From the NCBI GenBank assembly GCA_002633005.1, contig NMRA01000056.1, positions 381,165 through 445,164 of the forward strand: a DNA stretch of 64,000 nucleotides. Reading direction: 5' to 3'. Position 1 is the first letter of the stretch; each line of letters begins with the position of its first letter. Origin of the DNA: Phoronis australis (lineage: Eukaryota > Animalia > Phoronida). The notes beneath the pieces were generated by a model. The model was not told where the DNA came from, ran no database searches, and saw only the letters and a program-made list of their open reading frames with translations. The translations under genes were made by a program, and so were the position numbers. Below, one piece after another: positions 50,345-64,000 of this stretch.

Positions 50345-51197
50345 ACGTAACGACGGCTGACTTCAACAGTTGAAAACGGGCAAGAAATCTGATAATGTTA
50401 GAATGAGATAGGGATTTGTACTCTGTAAACTATTACTTTCCGTTCTTGTAAATATATTCAGTGATGCAGCCTTTTCGTGTTATTTATCGGTGGCCTACTG
50501 TTGCGATGGAAAACACAGAAAATTAACAAACCAAGAGAGGATCATTATTTACATCTGTGAAAATGCAGCGGACGTGGAAGTGATCGGCATAGTTGTCGTG
50601 AGTGAGCATCCGTTTCAGATCCTTCGGCATCAGCGACAAGTGCGTACTCTTCTCGTGATCTACAAAAAAATCAAAACCCAAATTATCCAGATATTCATAT
50701 TTCATGTTCAGTCTAATCTTTGACGGCTCATACATGTAGTTGATACATGTAGTTGATTGTGAAGAGACTTCACCAAAAACTAAAAATTGGCGTTTCACTC
50801 AAAATCGTTTTGGGAATTGGATTAACTGTTAGTATCGTGATTCAAGCTCGTTTACAGTTTCCAGGATTTGTTCCAGATTTGAAACAATGCCTTTGAGTGT
50901 ACACAGAAATGTGGTCAGTCTAAGCAAATACTATCGGAAGAGGGTAAGCGTTTTACACTTTGACCAATCAAACGTGAACCCCGCGTCAATTTATTTGACG
51001 AAGAATTAACGATTGAGAAAGCCGCGGGACAAAAAGTTCCCGGAGGTTACTAGACTACATTATTGACCGGGAGTGCTTTTGAAACATTAGGACACACACT
51101 CTTTTAGGGAGTTAAGATAATGGAACCCTATAGTTTTAAACGGTGAATTTGATTGAAAGAAACCCCTCAACCATTATTTTTTGTTAATGCATAATCC

Positions 51198-51617
51198 GCA
51201 CTGGGCAACGCTGCAATCACGCAAGCCTCCACGCCTGTGTAGGTTTCGCTCCTGGGTGTATTTGAAAATGAATTTCTTCATTCCAAATTCGCACCATTTG
51301 AGTGCAGCACTGGGCACCCAATAATACGAGTCAGGGTGCCTGCAACTGGCATCGTTGCATATCATCAAGTACGCGTGCGCTTATCAACGAGGCGTGAACT
51401 AATGGCCTAACTGTCATTACATTTTAAAATGGATACGAACCTCATCAATGCTTTCATTCATGCTGGCACTACAAATAGTTTGAAAGTTAGCTGGTGCTTT
51501 CAGAAATTCACCTAAAAGATAGATTTACTTACTTTTTCGCATAATGAAACATGATCTGAGCGGCCCTAGTGTAACCAGATTCGTTGAGATGGGCATGGCC
51601 CCCGCGTCATATAGCTT
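51198..51617. repeat. Diverged local duplicate of 54170-54610
   Basis: colinear similarity over ~420 bp by eye. Confidence 0.85.
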
Positions 51618-52369
51618 TGTAATGAATCTTCAATCGTCGTTTTGCATGTTGGACAGTGAATTTTAGATGAATATCGATTAATTGATTTTCGTTTTACACT
51701 CCAATGAATTATGAAATTCATGTTTTCAGTTTTCGTTTTGCGTATTGAACATTGAACGGAACGCATCTTGATTATTACGCAAAAGTACATTAAAGAGAGG
51801 CCTTTGGGTACGGACAAAAAGTGTTAGCTAATGCAACAAGTGCGCATTGTTTAGCTTAAACACGGTCAGAGTCTCCCAGGAAGAAAGTAGCCCGGCATTT
51901 TTAAATGAGGAGCAGAACAATTTATGGCGGAGCGTGATACCATACAATTCGTTGCCTGCTTTGGCAGAGAAGCCGCGTGAATTTACGGGACTTGACAGAA
52001 ATTCGTCAAGTAATCCTACAACGCCACGGAAGTATTGGGATGCACAAAGAAGTCACCCTCTCGGTTCAACTAACCTGGGCCTAGCACCAACGGAATGTTC
52101 AAGTCGTGAGCTGCACAAGGCTCCACCAGGGGTCGTCTTTCTGCCTGCAATTCAGCCATCATCTGGAAGCCCAAGCATACTCCCCAAATGGGGAAATACT
52201 TTCCTTCGTCGTTTAGCTGCCGTGTAAAGAATAGCGTCGGAGAGTCTTTATAGTATAAATTAGTTCAAAACCGTAAGATGGCAATAATATCCCCAGATAC
52301 ACTAGAATGGCTTCGACAGACAAACCCATGCACTTATCAACTTAATCAAGACAATTTGTGACTACACAA

Positions 52370-52501
52370 CATGGGCGGCACACCATAGGGGACTGGGGGC
52401 CCCCCACTTGTGTGCCGCCGCCCATAGTCTGTTGGTGCTGCACCACAGAGGGGCTGCGGGGGCTATGGTCCCCCACTTTTTTCAGTGCTGCGCCGCCCAT
52501 G
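52370..52501. mobile_element. Mini-MITE CATGGGCGGC...GCCGCCCATG, 5-bp TSD CACAA
   Basis: TIRs and TSD; relatives at 1303-1443, 43639-43694 and 57792. Confidence 0.8.
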
Positions 52502-54525
52502 CACAAGTACCAGGCAAAATCCTCGCGCCGTTCATTATGCCGCACGGCAGACGTGAGGTATGAACTGATCCGCTAATTTGCATTATAGGCGAGTACTTCT
52601 CCGTCTGCGCTGGCCTTAAGGGACAATCCGAACGACAAGTGAGGGCATATCTACATGCCCTCACTAAAGTTTGTCGTTGCTTTCTCTTTAGGTACACCAA
52701 GAGCCAAACCTCACTGGTGGTTTAACAGTCGGTGTGACTATGCCGTCGGTGTAACTAGTTCCGCACTTTCCGACAATTTCGTGTCCCATAAATCAACACA
52801 TCTACACTTCCGTCCCGTCCACACACAGACTTACCCTAGAAAAACTTGCGTTAGTGCAACTTGCTCCACTATAAGTGAAGCGTCCACACATACGACACAC
52901 CCGATAACTATAGGGTAAAGCGGAAGTGGTCGCTCTGTGCACGACAATGGACGGCTGATGCGAAAACGTCGCACAAAAGAAGATCCATGTGTATGTAGCC
53001 GCAGCGGATAATTACTGTCGCCTTGCTCCAGGTTTGCGGCCACACATTAGAAGTCAGGCACAAGTTAGTCTAGATTAAGTTAACCTAGGCTCGGTAACAG
53101 TGGGCAAGTTGGAGTAATTTGTCACATGTTGGTAAGATGTACTGTAGTTTAAATAGCGTCCACAATGCCTCCAAACCTAGCGACAATTCGTTCCAGAAGT
53201 AAATTGTTCTTGTGGTGTATGTGGTAATACCAGCTACCAACATATATGATCAATAAATGAAGAAAACCGAACCAATGTCAAATACTAACAAACAACTTTA
53301 TCAGCCATCAACTTCAACACGCCATCTGGCGATTACCATCAAGTACACAAAACTCTGATCTGAAGATATCGAGTCCGACTCTTAAGGAGTTATTGATCGA
53401 GTTATACTTAAAGAGTCCAAATGTCTCAGTTCTAGTGTAAGTCTGTGTGTGGACGACACTGTTGGCCTACCACGCTGTCATCTCAGTTATCACCAGTTTC
53501 GCAGTAATAAACTCTATAGTTTCGAAAGACCGTTCCCCTGTTGCCCATCGAATGAACTCCTTGTACGTGCAATAATTGCCCAGCAAAGGTTTCTTGAGGC
53601 CCCGCGCTGTTACATGTCTGGGGTTTCTGGCAATGTGATAAGCCCCGGGCATTGCAAATTTCAAGCTACCCCCCTTCCTCGGTGACGCAGTTTGGACTTC
53701 CCCCTCCCCGTTTTACCGTCACCTCCCCCGGTCTCAGTTTTTTTTAGCTATCCCCTTTGTCGTCACAGCTACAAGGCGAGGCCCCTAATTTGTGCGGGTC
53801 CTTAAGCTGAGCATAAAATAAGCTATAAATTTGCCTTCTACTACAAAACCCAAAATTTGACTAAGACCACTTACGGTAATGAAATTAATTTCAAATTGCT
53901 CCTTAGTCAAACTGGGTGTGTATTAATGCTTGGAATGAACTGACAGTTTGTCATTTCTTCTCACCAGGCCCCACAAGTTGGCCTGACATTTTATTAGCCG
54001 AGTATGGTAGATATGGCAATAATGAACTGTCGCTCCTTGCAATACAAAAAATCACTTCTTATCTGAGTACGGAACAAGTTGAACCCAATTTTATCCTAGC
54101 AATAACTGGTTTAAAATAAACGTTCACTTACTGGACGGAACCAGCTAGGGTTTGTAACGGTTCAATCCTGCACTGGGTAACGTAGCAATTGCTAATGGGT
54201 CTCGCGCCTCATCACCTGTGTACGTTTCGCTCATGGGTGTATTTGTGAATGAATCACTTCATTCAGAATTCGCTCTATTTTGAGTGCGGTACTGAGCACC
54301 AAAGAATATGAGTCAAGGTGCTACCAACAGACGTCGTTGCATATTATTAAGTGCGCGCGCGCTCCTATCAACGAGACGTGAACTAATGGCTCAACAGTCA
54401 TAATTGAGCTTGATGGTATAATCGAGCCTTGTCAATGCTTACATTCAGTCTGGCAGTTTGATAGTATCTGGTGAGCCCTTTAAGAAATTTATGGTTCGTT
54501 CACTGATAGGTGATCGTTTACTTAC

Positions 54526-54610
54526 TTTTTTTGCATAGTGAAACATAATCCGAACGGCCCTGGCGTAACCAGATACGGAGCGGTTGACATGGCCACCGGG
54601 CCATATAGCT
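54526..54610 (-). CDS. Candidate small internal exon (85 nt)
   Basis: cctttttcAG / GTAAGT; open in phase 1 as ELYGPVAMSTAPYLVTPGPFGLCFTMQK. Confidence 0.35.
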
Positions 54611-57600
54611 CTGAAAAAGGAAAACTTTTTAAAGCGTGAGCATTTTAATTTGCTTCTTTCATTTTTAAGTTACATTAAACGCTTCGGTCTACGTTATGCT
54701 ATTTCATTCCAAACTCTAATGATTTTAGTACCTGGATCCATGTTTTGAACGTCATTTACATGGTTTCATTTTCTTTTAACCTGGAATCTAGAACATTGTT
54801 CTAGGTTGTACCCCACTCTTGTCCCTGCTGTATGTACACTGTCAGAAAGACATTTGATTGGTCAGCTGTACTGTGGTACTTTTCCCGCAACTTCCCTTAT
54901 TTTAAGTTACACAGTGAATGAAATTTCTGGTCTTGTGAAAGAACCAAATCGTTTACCATGTTACACCAATTAAAATATAACTGGTGACGCCACATTAAAC
55001 TTTAATGCTATTGAAAATCAGTGCATGTCTTTCCAGGCTTCAGCGCTAAAGTGACGTGGAATATACAATCCAGGTTGCGGGCATCGTGTTGCACTGTCGC
55101 AGGAATTTGAATGAACTGGAACGTGAAACCTGGAATCACGTTTGGAATTCTTGGTTCCAGGTTTTACGAGAATGAAGCCACACAAATTGCATTAAAAACA
55201 AACAGGGGCGAAACGCGGCATTCGTGAAACAGGCCCGTAGTGGTAGGGATGGCAATAATCCAGAAATAGTCGAACATTATTGAGACTGCGATGGCATTTT
55301 GCTATTTTCGTCTTTCGCTTTCCTATGTTGGGAGACCAATTCACGTCAAATCACGGTCTTGGCGTTATAAACTCCGTAGGTACTTACCCATTTATTTTGT
55401 CCATCAGATTATGGTAATATTCCACGGTCTGGTTAACCCTGGAATGTAGAGAAATACTTTCAGCTCTTGTCTTTTTGCTAACATTTGAAGGAAAATACAT
55501 GTTTGAGCTTTTAAAAAAGCATGGAGTGTGTTCCGTAAACGTAAGAAACTGGACAAAAATTAAGTGAACGGTGAGTGTTTCTCACGTATGCTCGAGACAT
55601 TATCAGCGATTTCTAACAAACTGGAAGCCATTGAAGGGAGTGATGGGTGAGGTCAAAATGTTGAATTATGAGATGGATCTCAAAGATTTCTCGCCGAGTG
55701 CATCGCGAGTGTCTTGCTTCTAGGGAACGCTGCCCGAGTCTGAGTTGGATATTTCATTGTCATTGAATTGGCTTCTTGCTCAGGTTGCAGAATTCAGAAG
55801 ACAACTTTATTGGATATTAAATGATCATGTGTTAACGTGAGCTCTAGCACCGCTAAGTTTGATGCCTCGTGCAAAGCTGAAAATCTAACCTCTCAGTAAA
55901 CTCGAAGTGAGTCTCCAAGTCATTTTTGAGGTTTTCAAATGAACGCAGGTACCATGGCATTTTGTTCTTGAGTACATTTTGACTAATGAGTCCCTTATAG
56001 GGGTCCCGGATTTGAGAACCAGATTGATGTCTGTCATTTAGTGGAGAAAACTGGCTATCAAACTGCGGAACCCTGGAAGTGACTAGTACCAAAATGAGCG
56101 TCTAATGCAAGTGTGCTCTTGATGACTTGCCCTGGTAGTAAAGCTGCAAATTTCAAGCACGAAGTTTCGAGTCGGAGCACGAGTTTGTAACTTCTTTGGC
56201 TATAGGTTAACAGCTCTGATCAAAAAGTCTATCCCATCCCATAATGGAAATCCTAAAAACGCGGTTTCGTTCTTAAAAACGATAATGTCTCTTTAACGGA
56301 CACCAAGTGCGGACTTGGATTAGATAGTCTCCTGGGTAAGTCGTATATATAGCGTTCTCATGCCGTCCGATCTAACGGTGATTCGCCGTGTGAAAAATTC
56401 TCATGTAAGCGCTCGTTAGCAGATTTATTATCTGCTTTCTTCTCTTCCTTCCCTAAATCAGCCTACGCGCTGCCTTTTCACTATGACAAGCATTCCGACG
56501 TAGCTTGTAGTAAATTTAATTCGCCTATGGTGATCGTACGTGATTAGTCAAAATAGCATTAATGATATGCTTACTGATCGTAAAACGGGTGACCCGAAGC
56601 ATTTATAAATGGTCGTTTTAAGCGGCTTCCCTATCTTGCGATCAGTTTTCCACTATTTCTCCTCATGCAAATTCAACATCTCAACGCGTTATAGTGTACC
56701 TGAGTCCAAAAAAACCGCAGACACTGACTTCTCTAAAAATAAGAATTCATACTATAGTACACTAGATCAAAAATAATTTGGAGATCGTGTTTCGAGTTTG
56801 GAGAATATATTTTGCGCTGAGTTTTCTGGACCAGGGCCTTGGGTGATGTTTTTAATCAACGCAAGGCTGGCTGTTGGAGACCATAGCCTGCCAACAATTT
56901 TCGTCACTGGAATGTGGGCTTCTCGCGATGAGAAGGCACATCCGTCAGCTCAGTGATTTTGGGGCAAACGATAAGAAAGCAAATAAGACTCCTAAGCATA
57001 GTTCATGTGTCAATTTTTACGTACGTACATACATACATGCATGCATACATACACACATAAGCAGGAATTACCGGATTGGTACAACCATCGCCCCGGCGGA
57101 TTCAGACCATCGTACAAATGACGAGTAAGTGTAGTATTTACCGTAGGTTTGGTTATCTATTGTTTGGAGCATTATGCCTGCAAAATTACAAAACAGATCA
57201 TCGTAGCCAAAGTTATGCATATCCAAACTTCAACATATATTAAGCGCTACATCGGCAGGTCAAAGTTCGAAGTGACATACAATGGGAATGAAGGACCCAA
57301 GAAAAAATGGCCTAATTTGGTATATCTCATATTATGAAATTCCTATAAAACGTTCAGATATTCTGCTTTAAACACCTTTCTCCAATACGCTGTTAGAAAT
57401 TTTTTTAATGTGTTCCACTTTTGCACAAGGTTTTATAAAAATAGGACTTATGACTTTTATGAAAAAGTCAAAACTATTATAAACGAAAATAAAACAATGA
57501 TTTGAAAAGTGGAAACAGCATTTATGAGATTTCATCTGGTATATTTATAAAAAATGATATTTTGTCATGTCCTTGATATCGTGGTTTTATTATCAATGCA

Positions 57601-58211
57601 CCTTTCTTTTAGCTAAATTTTACCAAAAAGACAATGTCATATGACCCAATTAACGACATAGTGCCAAAGGGTCAAAGCTCAAATTTTACAAGCTTTACAT
57701 TTTCAGAAAATGTATATTTTCACTGAGTTACAATATATGGTTGTATAGATATTTGTCTAAATAAGCAGACATGTAGATAAGGCCCTACAAACATGGGCGG
57801 CGCAGCACTGAAATGAGTGGAGGCTATAGCGACAGAGCCCGCGAGTCAATTTGTACCTAGGGCCAGGAAAATCTTTCTTGATGCCCCTTTTTAGCGCAGA
57901 TCCAAATTCTTCTGGCTTCCTGGACACGGTTTCCAAACCCAATATCCTGAGTTTGGAAAAAGTATATATCAGCTTTATAGCTGCAAGTGGTCCAAATAAA
58001 AAGCTAGGTTCTTTTAGACGGAAGGCAGTGCTATAGAATAGATATTTACCGAGTAAACGTAACAAGGTTGCATTTGAAGTGTTCGTTATATCGCTCATGT
58101 AATGAAAGAAATTAAGAGAAATGCTTTTATAAAAGAACGCCCGGTGAAGAACCCAAGCGTCACTTGAAAACTAGCGTACATTCTATTTTCTATTCAAGAA
58201 TAAAAACTTAC

Positions 58212-58320
58212 CTATAACCGGGCGCGGATTAGCGTACTTCGGCCGCTTCATGGTATACAAATCACACGTGATTGGCGACACCAGAATGACGATTATAAGC
58301 AATCTTGTCAGCACATTCAT
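58212..58320 (-). CDS. Signal-peptide first coding exon of a secreted or membrane protein (possibly the Tie-like receptor)
   Basis: MNVLTRLLIIVILVSPITC-DLYTMKRPKYANPRPVI then AG|GTAAGT consensus donor, phase 1. Confidence 0.6.
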
Positions 58321-61049
58321 GTTCTTGGCCTTGAAGAGAAAAACTAGCGACGTGATTCTCTCCAAGTAGATCCCAGTTCTGATCTCCGTGCTTTAGCTGT
58401 GGCAAGTTGATGGCGGCGCCGGTATGGCAGGACATGCGCACTGCATTAATTAAACACTTCCTACGACGGTCCGTGAACTGGAGTTTGCACTCGCTGGTTT
58501 CTACGGAAGAAAGAAGTCAATAGTCGGATAAAACTTGTCCATATTTTGAAAACCAGTTTGATGTGCGGTATCCAGGGGAGAAAACTGGTTATCAAAAACC
58601 GGGCACGTTACAGCCAACGATTACCAACACAATAAATACGCCTCGTATTGAGCATTGCCTTTTCCTCGAATTATTGAGGTCCACGTTTGTTGCATGATTC
58701 CAAAACGTCATCATCATGATAAATAACTTTCGATTTTAATTGTTTTACTTTCCATGTTTGTCAAAAACTGAAACTTCCAAGTTTTTTTTCACACTATTGT
58801 TGTTGTTTCTAATTGTACCTAAAATCTAAAATTATAAACACAAAAATTGAATAACCCTTTTAAAGAACACCGAAAGGTAATAGTTTTTCTGTTCCACGTC
58901 AAAAAACTGGCTTGTTAATACTGAAAGCACAGGATGTACGGTAGGTGGAGCAGTTGTCGCCCAAGGATAAAAATGCTTGGGTCACTTTGTGGAAACAACC
59001 ACTGAAATAAATGGTGAAGAAACTGACCATTAAAGAAAACTATCTTTTGCGTGTAATGTAGGCTATAGGGCGACGTGTGCGTCCAGTTACGGAAATTTCT
59101 GCTTCCGCCTTACGTAACTATTTTGGCGAAAGCTTCTGTTTGTAGAAAATCTACTACATTCATGCATCGTTTATCTCAAAAGATATTTCCTCAAAACAGT
59201 CCCTTTGTTCAAATTGTTTCTTAAGGAGCCATGCACTCGCAACCGAACCACACTGGGCAACTTCAAAACCCTTGAAATATTTCATATCTTAATGTACAAA
59301 ACAACATTTCAATCGTCAGACTTCGTACACTGCAAAATCTAAACGCTGTTGTTTTTGCCATTGAAAAAAATCCGTGCCAAATCAGATCAAAAAAGACTCA
59401 AGTAATATACCAATAAGCCCTTGTACTGTGGCCACGGCGCCTCAAGATTTTTACCAATCTCAGTCACAGTAGTCTAGTTGCCGGCCCAATAGCCCCCATG
59501 GTGAACCCTGCAATGCTAAATACTGTACATTTTTTGAAATATGTAAAATACGATCAGGAGAACAAAGTTGGCTGTGCTGCAACCTTTTAGGTTTTTTTTT
59601 TGTAATTCAAGATGGCGGCATCCGCTGTCGTGCATTTCTGCCAATTTATTATTTTCAACTCGGTGACTTACGGGGTCATACCGGTACATTGTTTATATCA
59701 TTTTCTGTAACGGGGAGTCCATTTCTGATACTATTTAATTTAATCGAGTTCAAACTCAAGTTCAAATCAGAGATCAATGGTTAAAACTGCCCAACAGCTT
59801 GCTGGTATTTAGTCTTTTCCCTTGTTCGCCTTGTTATTTCCTTCACTGAACACTTCAAAATATAAAACGCTGACAATGCGCTGGTTTGTTATAGTGGGCC
59901 GAAAAACTTTGGGTAATTTTCGATTGAAGGAATGTACCCTCAAAAACAAGCCGTCTGAAAATTGTAATGTCTCTGTAGTACAGTGTTTTGTGAAAAGGCA
60001 AAGTAAAAGTGAAAGCTTCCGCCAAAGTAGTGCAAAGCATTTCCGTTTTCACGTCCACCTCTGTGCCAACTTTACAGACTTGATAAAACCTGAATCGTCT
60101 CAGTTAGAACGAATTTTGTTCAGATATTTTTAAGCGTTGACTTTGTTAATAAGGCCAATGTCCACAGAGTATTTTTCAGAGATTAGTCGTGAAATAACCC
60201 CTGCCTCAGATGTTTACCACATCACTGGTCTTGTCGCCTTTCTTCTTCTTCGTCGAAAACTCTAAGTACAGAATGAAAAGTTGTGAATCATTTCATCTCA
60301 AAAGCTCTAGACATGACTACAGAAACTTTACTCAGTCCGTATATTTTTGGCACTAATTCACATCCACCGAAAAGGAAGCGAGATTCCAAAAAGGGTGGCA
60401 AAAACGCAAAATCAACAATTTTCGTTCCAAAACCACCAGTTTCCTGCCAATGCGTGGGCCAGTATTAAATTACGAAAGCAAATATAATGCAGATTTCACA
60501 GCCATGTTTTTTGCAATTCTTCGTAGCTAGAGGGCTACCTGAAATCTCAGCATATTCCTCGGTCGCTGAGCAGCAATGCAACAATGCTGGAAGGCCGTGA
60601 ATTTCTATAATTTTTGCAAATTAAGGGTATAATTGGGGGTACCAAGCAGTACAGGTACATTTTTGGGATAGTCGTAAAAGCCTATGAAGCGCGGAACGAT
60701 GAATGGGGGACGTGTGGAAATATGGTTAAAGGGCGCTCAGTAATTAGTCACTTCCCGAGGCACGGGATTACAGAATTGCTATCTGGGGGGGGGTTCGAAT
60801 TCAATTTGTTTGAAACCTATGAAAGCCTTTAACTTGTTGGTTTCGTTACAAGTTTTAAAGAGATGCGCCATTTTCTTGCTGGTAACGGAAATAGAATCCT
60901 TTCACAATTTGTTCGATTTTATTTTTAGCCAGCTACATAGGGTGAGCTTTAAAATTCAAGTTCTGGCCCTGATTATGACCTTTTATAAAGGTTGGGGCTG
61001 AGAAACAGCAGCCTAGTCACATTGAGACGTTGACACACTGAGCAGTCTA

Positions 61050-61480
61050 TATATCTATTTATTTCAACATTTAGGGCCTTGGCCCACTTGTTACATGAAA
61101 ATTACAGGATAAAGCTGAGCAGCTTTTCCCTGAGGGCAGTGACGTGAAATACAAATTCCATTAGATTAATCTGGGCAATAGGCTCCGAAATTTTCATTAG
61201 CTTTACAAATTTATGTATATTTGGTTCACGCCAGCACCACTCAGGTATAAATGCAGTTCTCAGAGAACAGTACTTTTTATAAACACATGAAATGGTATTC
61301 ATCTTCAAGTAGGGACAGACAGAAACAACACAAACGGTATTTTTGGTTCAAAAGAGCATGTCTACTTTTTTCTATCATCAAGTTGAAAATATACACGCCA
61401 GCCAAACTGATCTTATACGGACATCTGTAGTTGGTTTTTATGCCAAATATTGTAGCTTTGGAGGACAATTTTCCGCAAAC
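61050..61480 (-). mobile_element. 3' end of RTE-X/CR1-like LINE
   Basis: RLCCFCLSLLEDEYHFMC zinc knuckle, then YCSLRTAFIP...PNIHKFVKLM (frameshifted), short 3' UTR with AATAAA. Confidence 0.75.
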
Positions 61481-62411
61481 AAATGCTTCCTAAAGTGATA
61501 AAAAAGAAAGCGACGTTTTTGTGGCAGGTTGTGTATCAGTTGCGGGCTTTGGAAATTTTCGAATCAAGTCAAGGTTTGTTAAGCTTGATGCCGTCGTTGA
61601 GAAGGTAAAACCTTGCAAATGAATATCACTGTTACGAACTTAGTGACTTCAATGAGGGAAAAATAATTTCCTATCGTAGCAGCACGCCATTGAAAAAGAT
61701 TTGTTTTAGAAGGTACAACATGTCAAGGTCTCTCAGTCTTAGCTCAATCCATCCAGAGTCAAACTTCTCTTGGTGATTACAATTTGCATGAATTATGCAA
61801 ACAGTGTAATGTCTTGCCAATCAATTTCGTTACATTCATTGACAACATAAATGTGGATGCAAATATCGAAGTAATCTACATTTAGAGCCCCGTAAGGTAT
61901 GAGCAGAAACAGAATTTTAAATAACAGCAGCCTTTATTTGCAAAAATTACGGAAATTCATCATTTAACAACATGTACACTGGTTTCATGTGATGCCTGAT
62001 GCCGCAGAATGGGTGCCTTCATTTGCATAATTAATGCAAATCCTCGAGGTATTTTCATCCAAGGTAGGTCCATTAAATTCATTGACCATAGAAAGATGAG
62101 TGAAAACACCAAACTAATCTTCCTGCAATGCTTGGTAAGGAAGGTTTAAGCAAAAAAAATAATGTTGCATAATAGCAGACTTAATTTGAATATTTAAAAA
62201 GTGTTCAAGGATGTCAAGGTTGCAATCCAAATGAAACGCTTCAAGAAGGCTATTCAGACATGAAACAACCGAAATTAAACATTTCTAGGTGCCTGGCAAA
62301 TCCAAGCAAATTTATTCGCACTGTGGCCACAGTCTTACTGTGGCAACGAATGAATGGATGTTGTAAGTGTTGAAACAGTTCATTTTCTGTGGTCCTGACT
62401 ATGCATGAGAG

Positions 62412-62882
62412 CAGTGGCGGATCTAGGATGTCACAAGGGGGGGCCCAACATTTTGCCCGGCTGTAAGCATTTGCGCATAGCACCGAATGAGGGGAGGTCG
62501 GGAGGGGGGTTTGCCCCTCCCGCTCAGGAAATTTTTCTATTTTTTCCTCTAAAAATCAAGCATTTTCCTTGATTTCTGATGTATCATCCAAGAAAAGAAG
62601 GAAAAAAAAACACGGAGAACGTGTCACATTGGAAAAATTGGGAGCTTCACAGACTTGAACTCACGACCTGGGTGATAGGACGCGCGTGCTTAACCACTAC
62701 ACCACCACGACTTTACTAACAAATATAAATAAAGAGACCTACTTGTTTATAGTCCACAACGTTTGCGCGCGAAGCCTACTTCTTTTTGTAATGCTTATTA
62801 CACGTTTTTTTATTTTATGCAATCGTTTCTTAACAAATTTGTTGTATTTAAAATAGTCTTCAAATGCCCAAAAGACCAAATC
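62412..62882. mobile_element. Second copy of the 20093-21120 element, cut at N 62883
   Basis: colinear with 20093-20590 including the tRNA-like segment. Confidence 0.85.
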
Positions 62883-63056
62883 NACAGCAGTCGAGGAATT
62901 CTTTTATTGGCGGTCTGCCTTGTTCCCGATGAAGAATTTTACCGACACTTCCGCCTCGTTTTCGTTTTCGTGTTCTAGATTTGATCCCAATCGAACTAAA
63001 GGCGCTTATGCGTATTACTTTCATGAACCATCGATCTCTAACTAGTGATAAATCAG

Positions 63057-63207
63057 TAAAGTCTAATGTACTCCACCCAGTGACAAACCGGTGAACTTTA
63101 TTAATCAGTATGCAAATCACTAAAGGCGATAATACGCATTACACTCATAAACTGGTGATGAATGAGTAAAGTCTAATGTGCGCCACCCAGTGACAAACCG
63201 GCGAACT
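63057..63207. repeat. 41-bp direct repeat pair, period 110
   Basis: taaagtctaatgt..ccacccagtgacaaaccgg.gaact at 63057 and 63167. Confidence 0.8.
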
Positions 63208-64000
63208 ATGTCAGTCATTAGGCAAATCTTACGCTAACAGGATTTGCACGAGTGAACGAGAAAGCGTGCACTGTTTACCCGCAGAGTATCCAACAAAGTC
63301 CTTGGCATATCAAAGGCTTGAGAGCGCTGTCACGGATTGAAGTGAGCCAGTTACTATACATGGGCTTGGCTGAACATGCTGCATGAGAATATTACGGCCA
63401 TAACAACACGTCAGTTTAGCGTACGAATTTCAAAGTAAAAACGAAAGATAAGTAAAGCAAATGACCAACATGAGTGTTTTTAAAATTGAATAGTAAATAG
63501 TAGTCGTCTTTGAATTTTTAAAATTAATGTATTATAAGAGAAATTAGCGAATAGGTTTTCCTCAGCATCGCGACGGGTTGGTCACAGTCTAGCTTAGGCT
63601 CACTTAGGCGTTGGGGTAACAAAACCCCCAATTGTTAGCGTAGGAATTGTCTTGTGGTGGCTCATAATCATGAAACTAAACGATTTTCACACTAACGGCG
63701 CTATGCATGGCACTGCGTAAAGAGTCAAGAATGTACGATAATTTGATGTCAGCTTTTACGACAAAGCCAGAATGCATGCATGTTTTTACAACTTGGCAAA
63801 CAGCGACTGACCAATATGAGAGATCCCCCAACATCAAAAACATTCTAACGTTCGACATTGTGGATACCGCTATTTCCTACAAAAAAAAATCCACATAGAG
63901 TTCTCGGTAGAATCAAAAATCCAAAAACCCCTCACATGCTGAATATTACATATATAACAGCCATTATATTTGGCGTTCTCGCGCTGACGCGAAACAGCGC

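Overview
Eukaryotic (invertebrate-like, about 40% GC, intron- and repeat-rich) genomic scaffold with a 314-N gap (6137-6450) and a single N (62883). It is not prokaryotic, and most short ORFs in the track are noise. The main feature is a minus-strand gene for a Tie-like receptor ectodomain. I could chain 18 GT-AG, phase-1 exons (22355 to 656, 5352 nt, about 1784 codons): Ig-like, Ig-like, two Tie-type EGF, then 15 FN3 domains, 14 of which strictly alternate between two Cys-containing types (B,A)x7. The TM and intracellular part lies beyond position 1. The 5' end is unresolved, with candidate signal-peptide exons at 58212-58320 and 35865-35955. An intronless orphan ~5-TM gene lies on + (27940-28863), possibly nested in the receptor's first intron. 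The rest is transposon debris: a Penelope-like element with inverted pLTRs and degenerate hammerheads, Sola3-like relics (one interrupted by an L1/Tx1-like LINE with a 13-bp TSD and carrying a 186-bp palindrome), a Kolobok-like THAP/KolX deletion derivative, 5-bp-TSD MITEs, tRNA-derived SINE heads and microsatellites.
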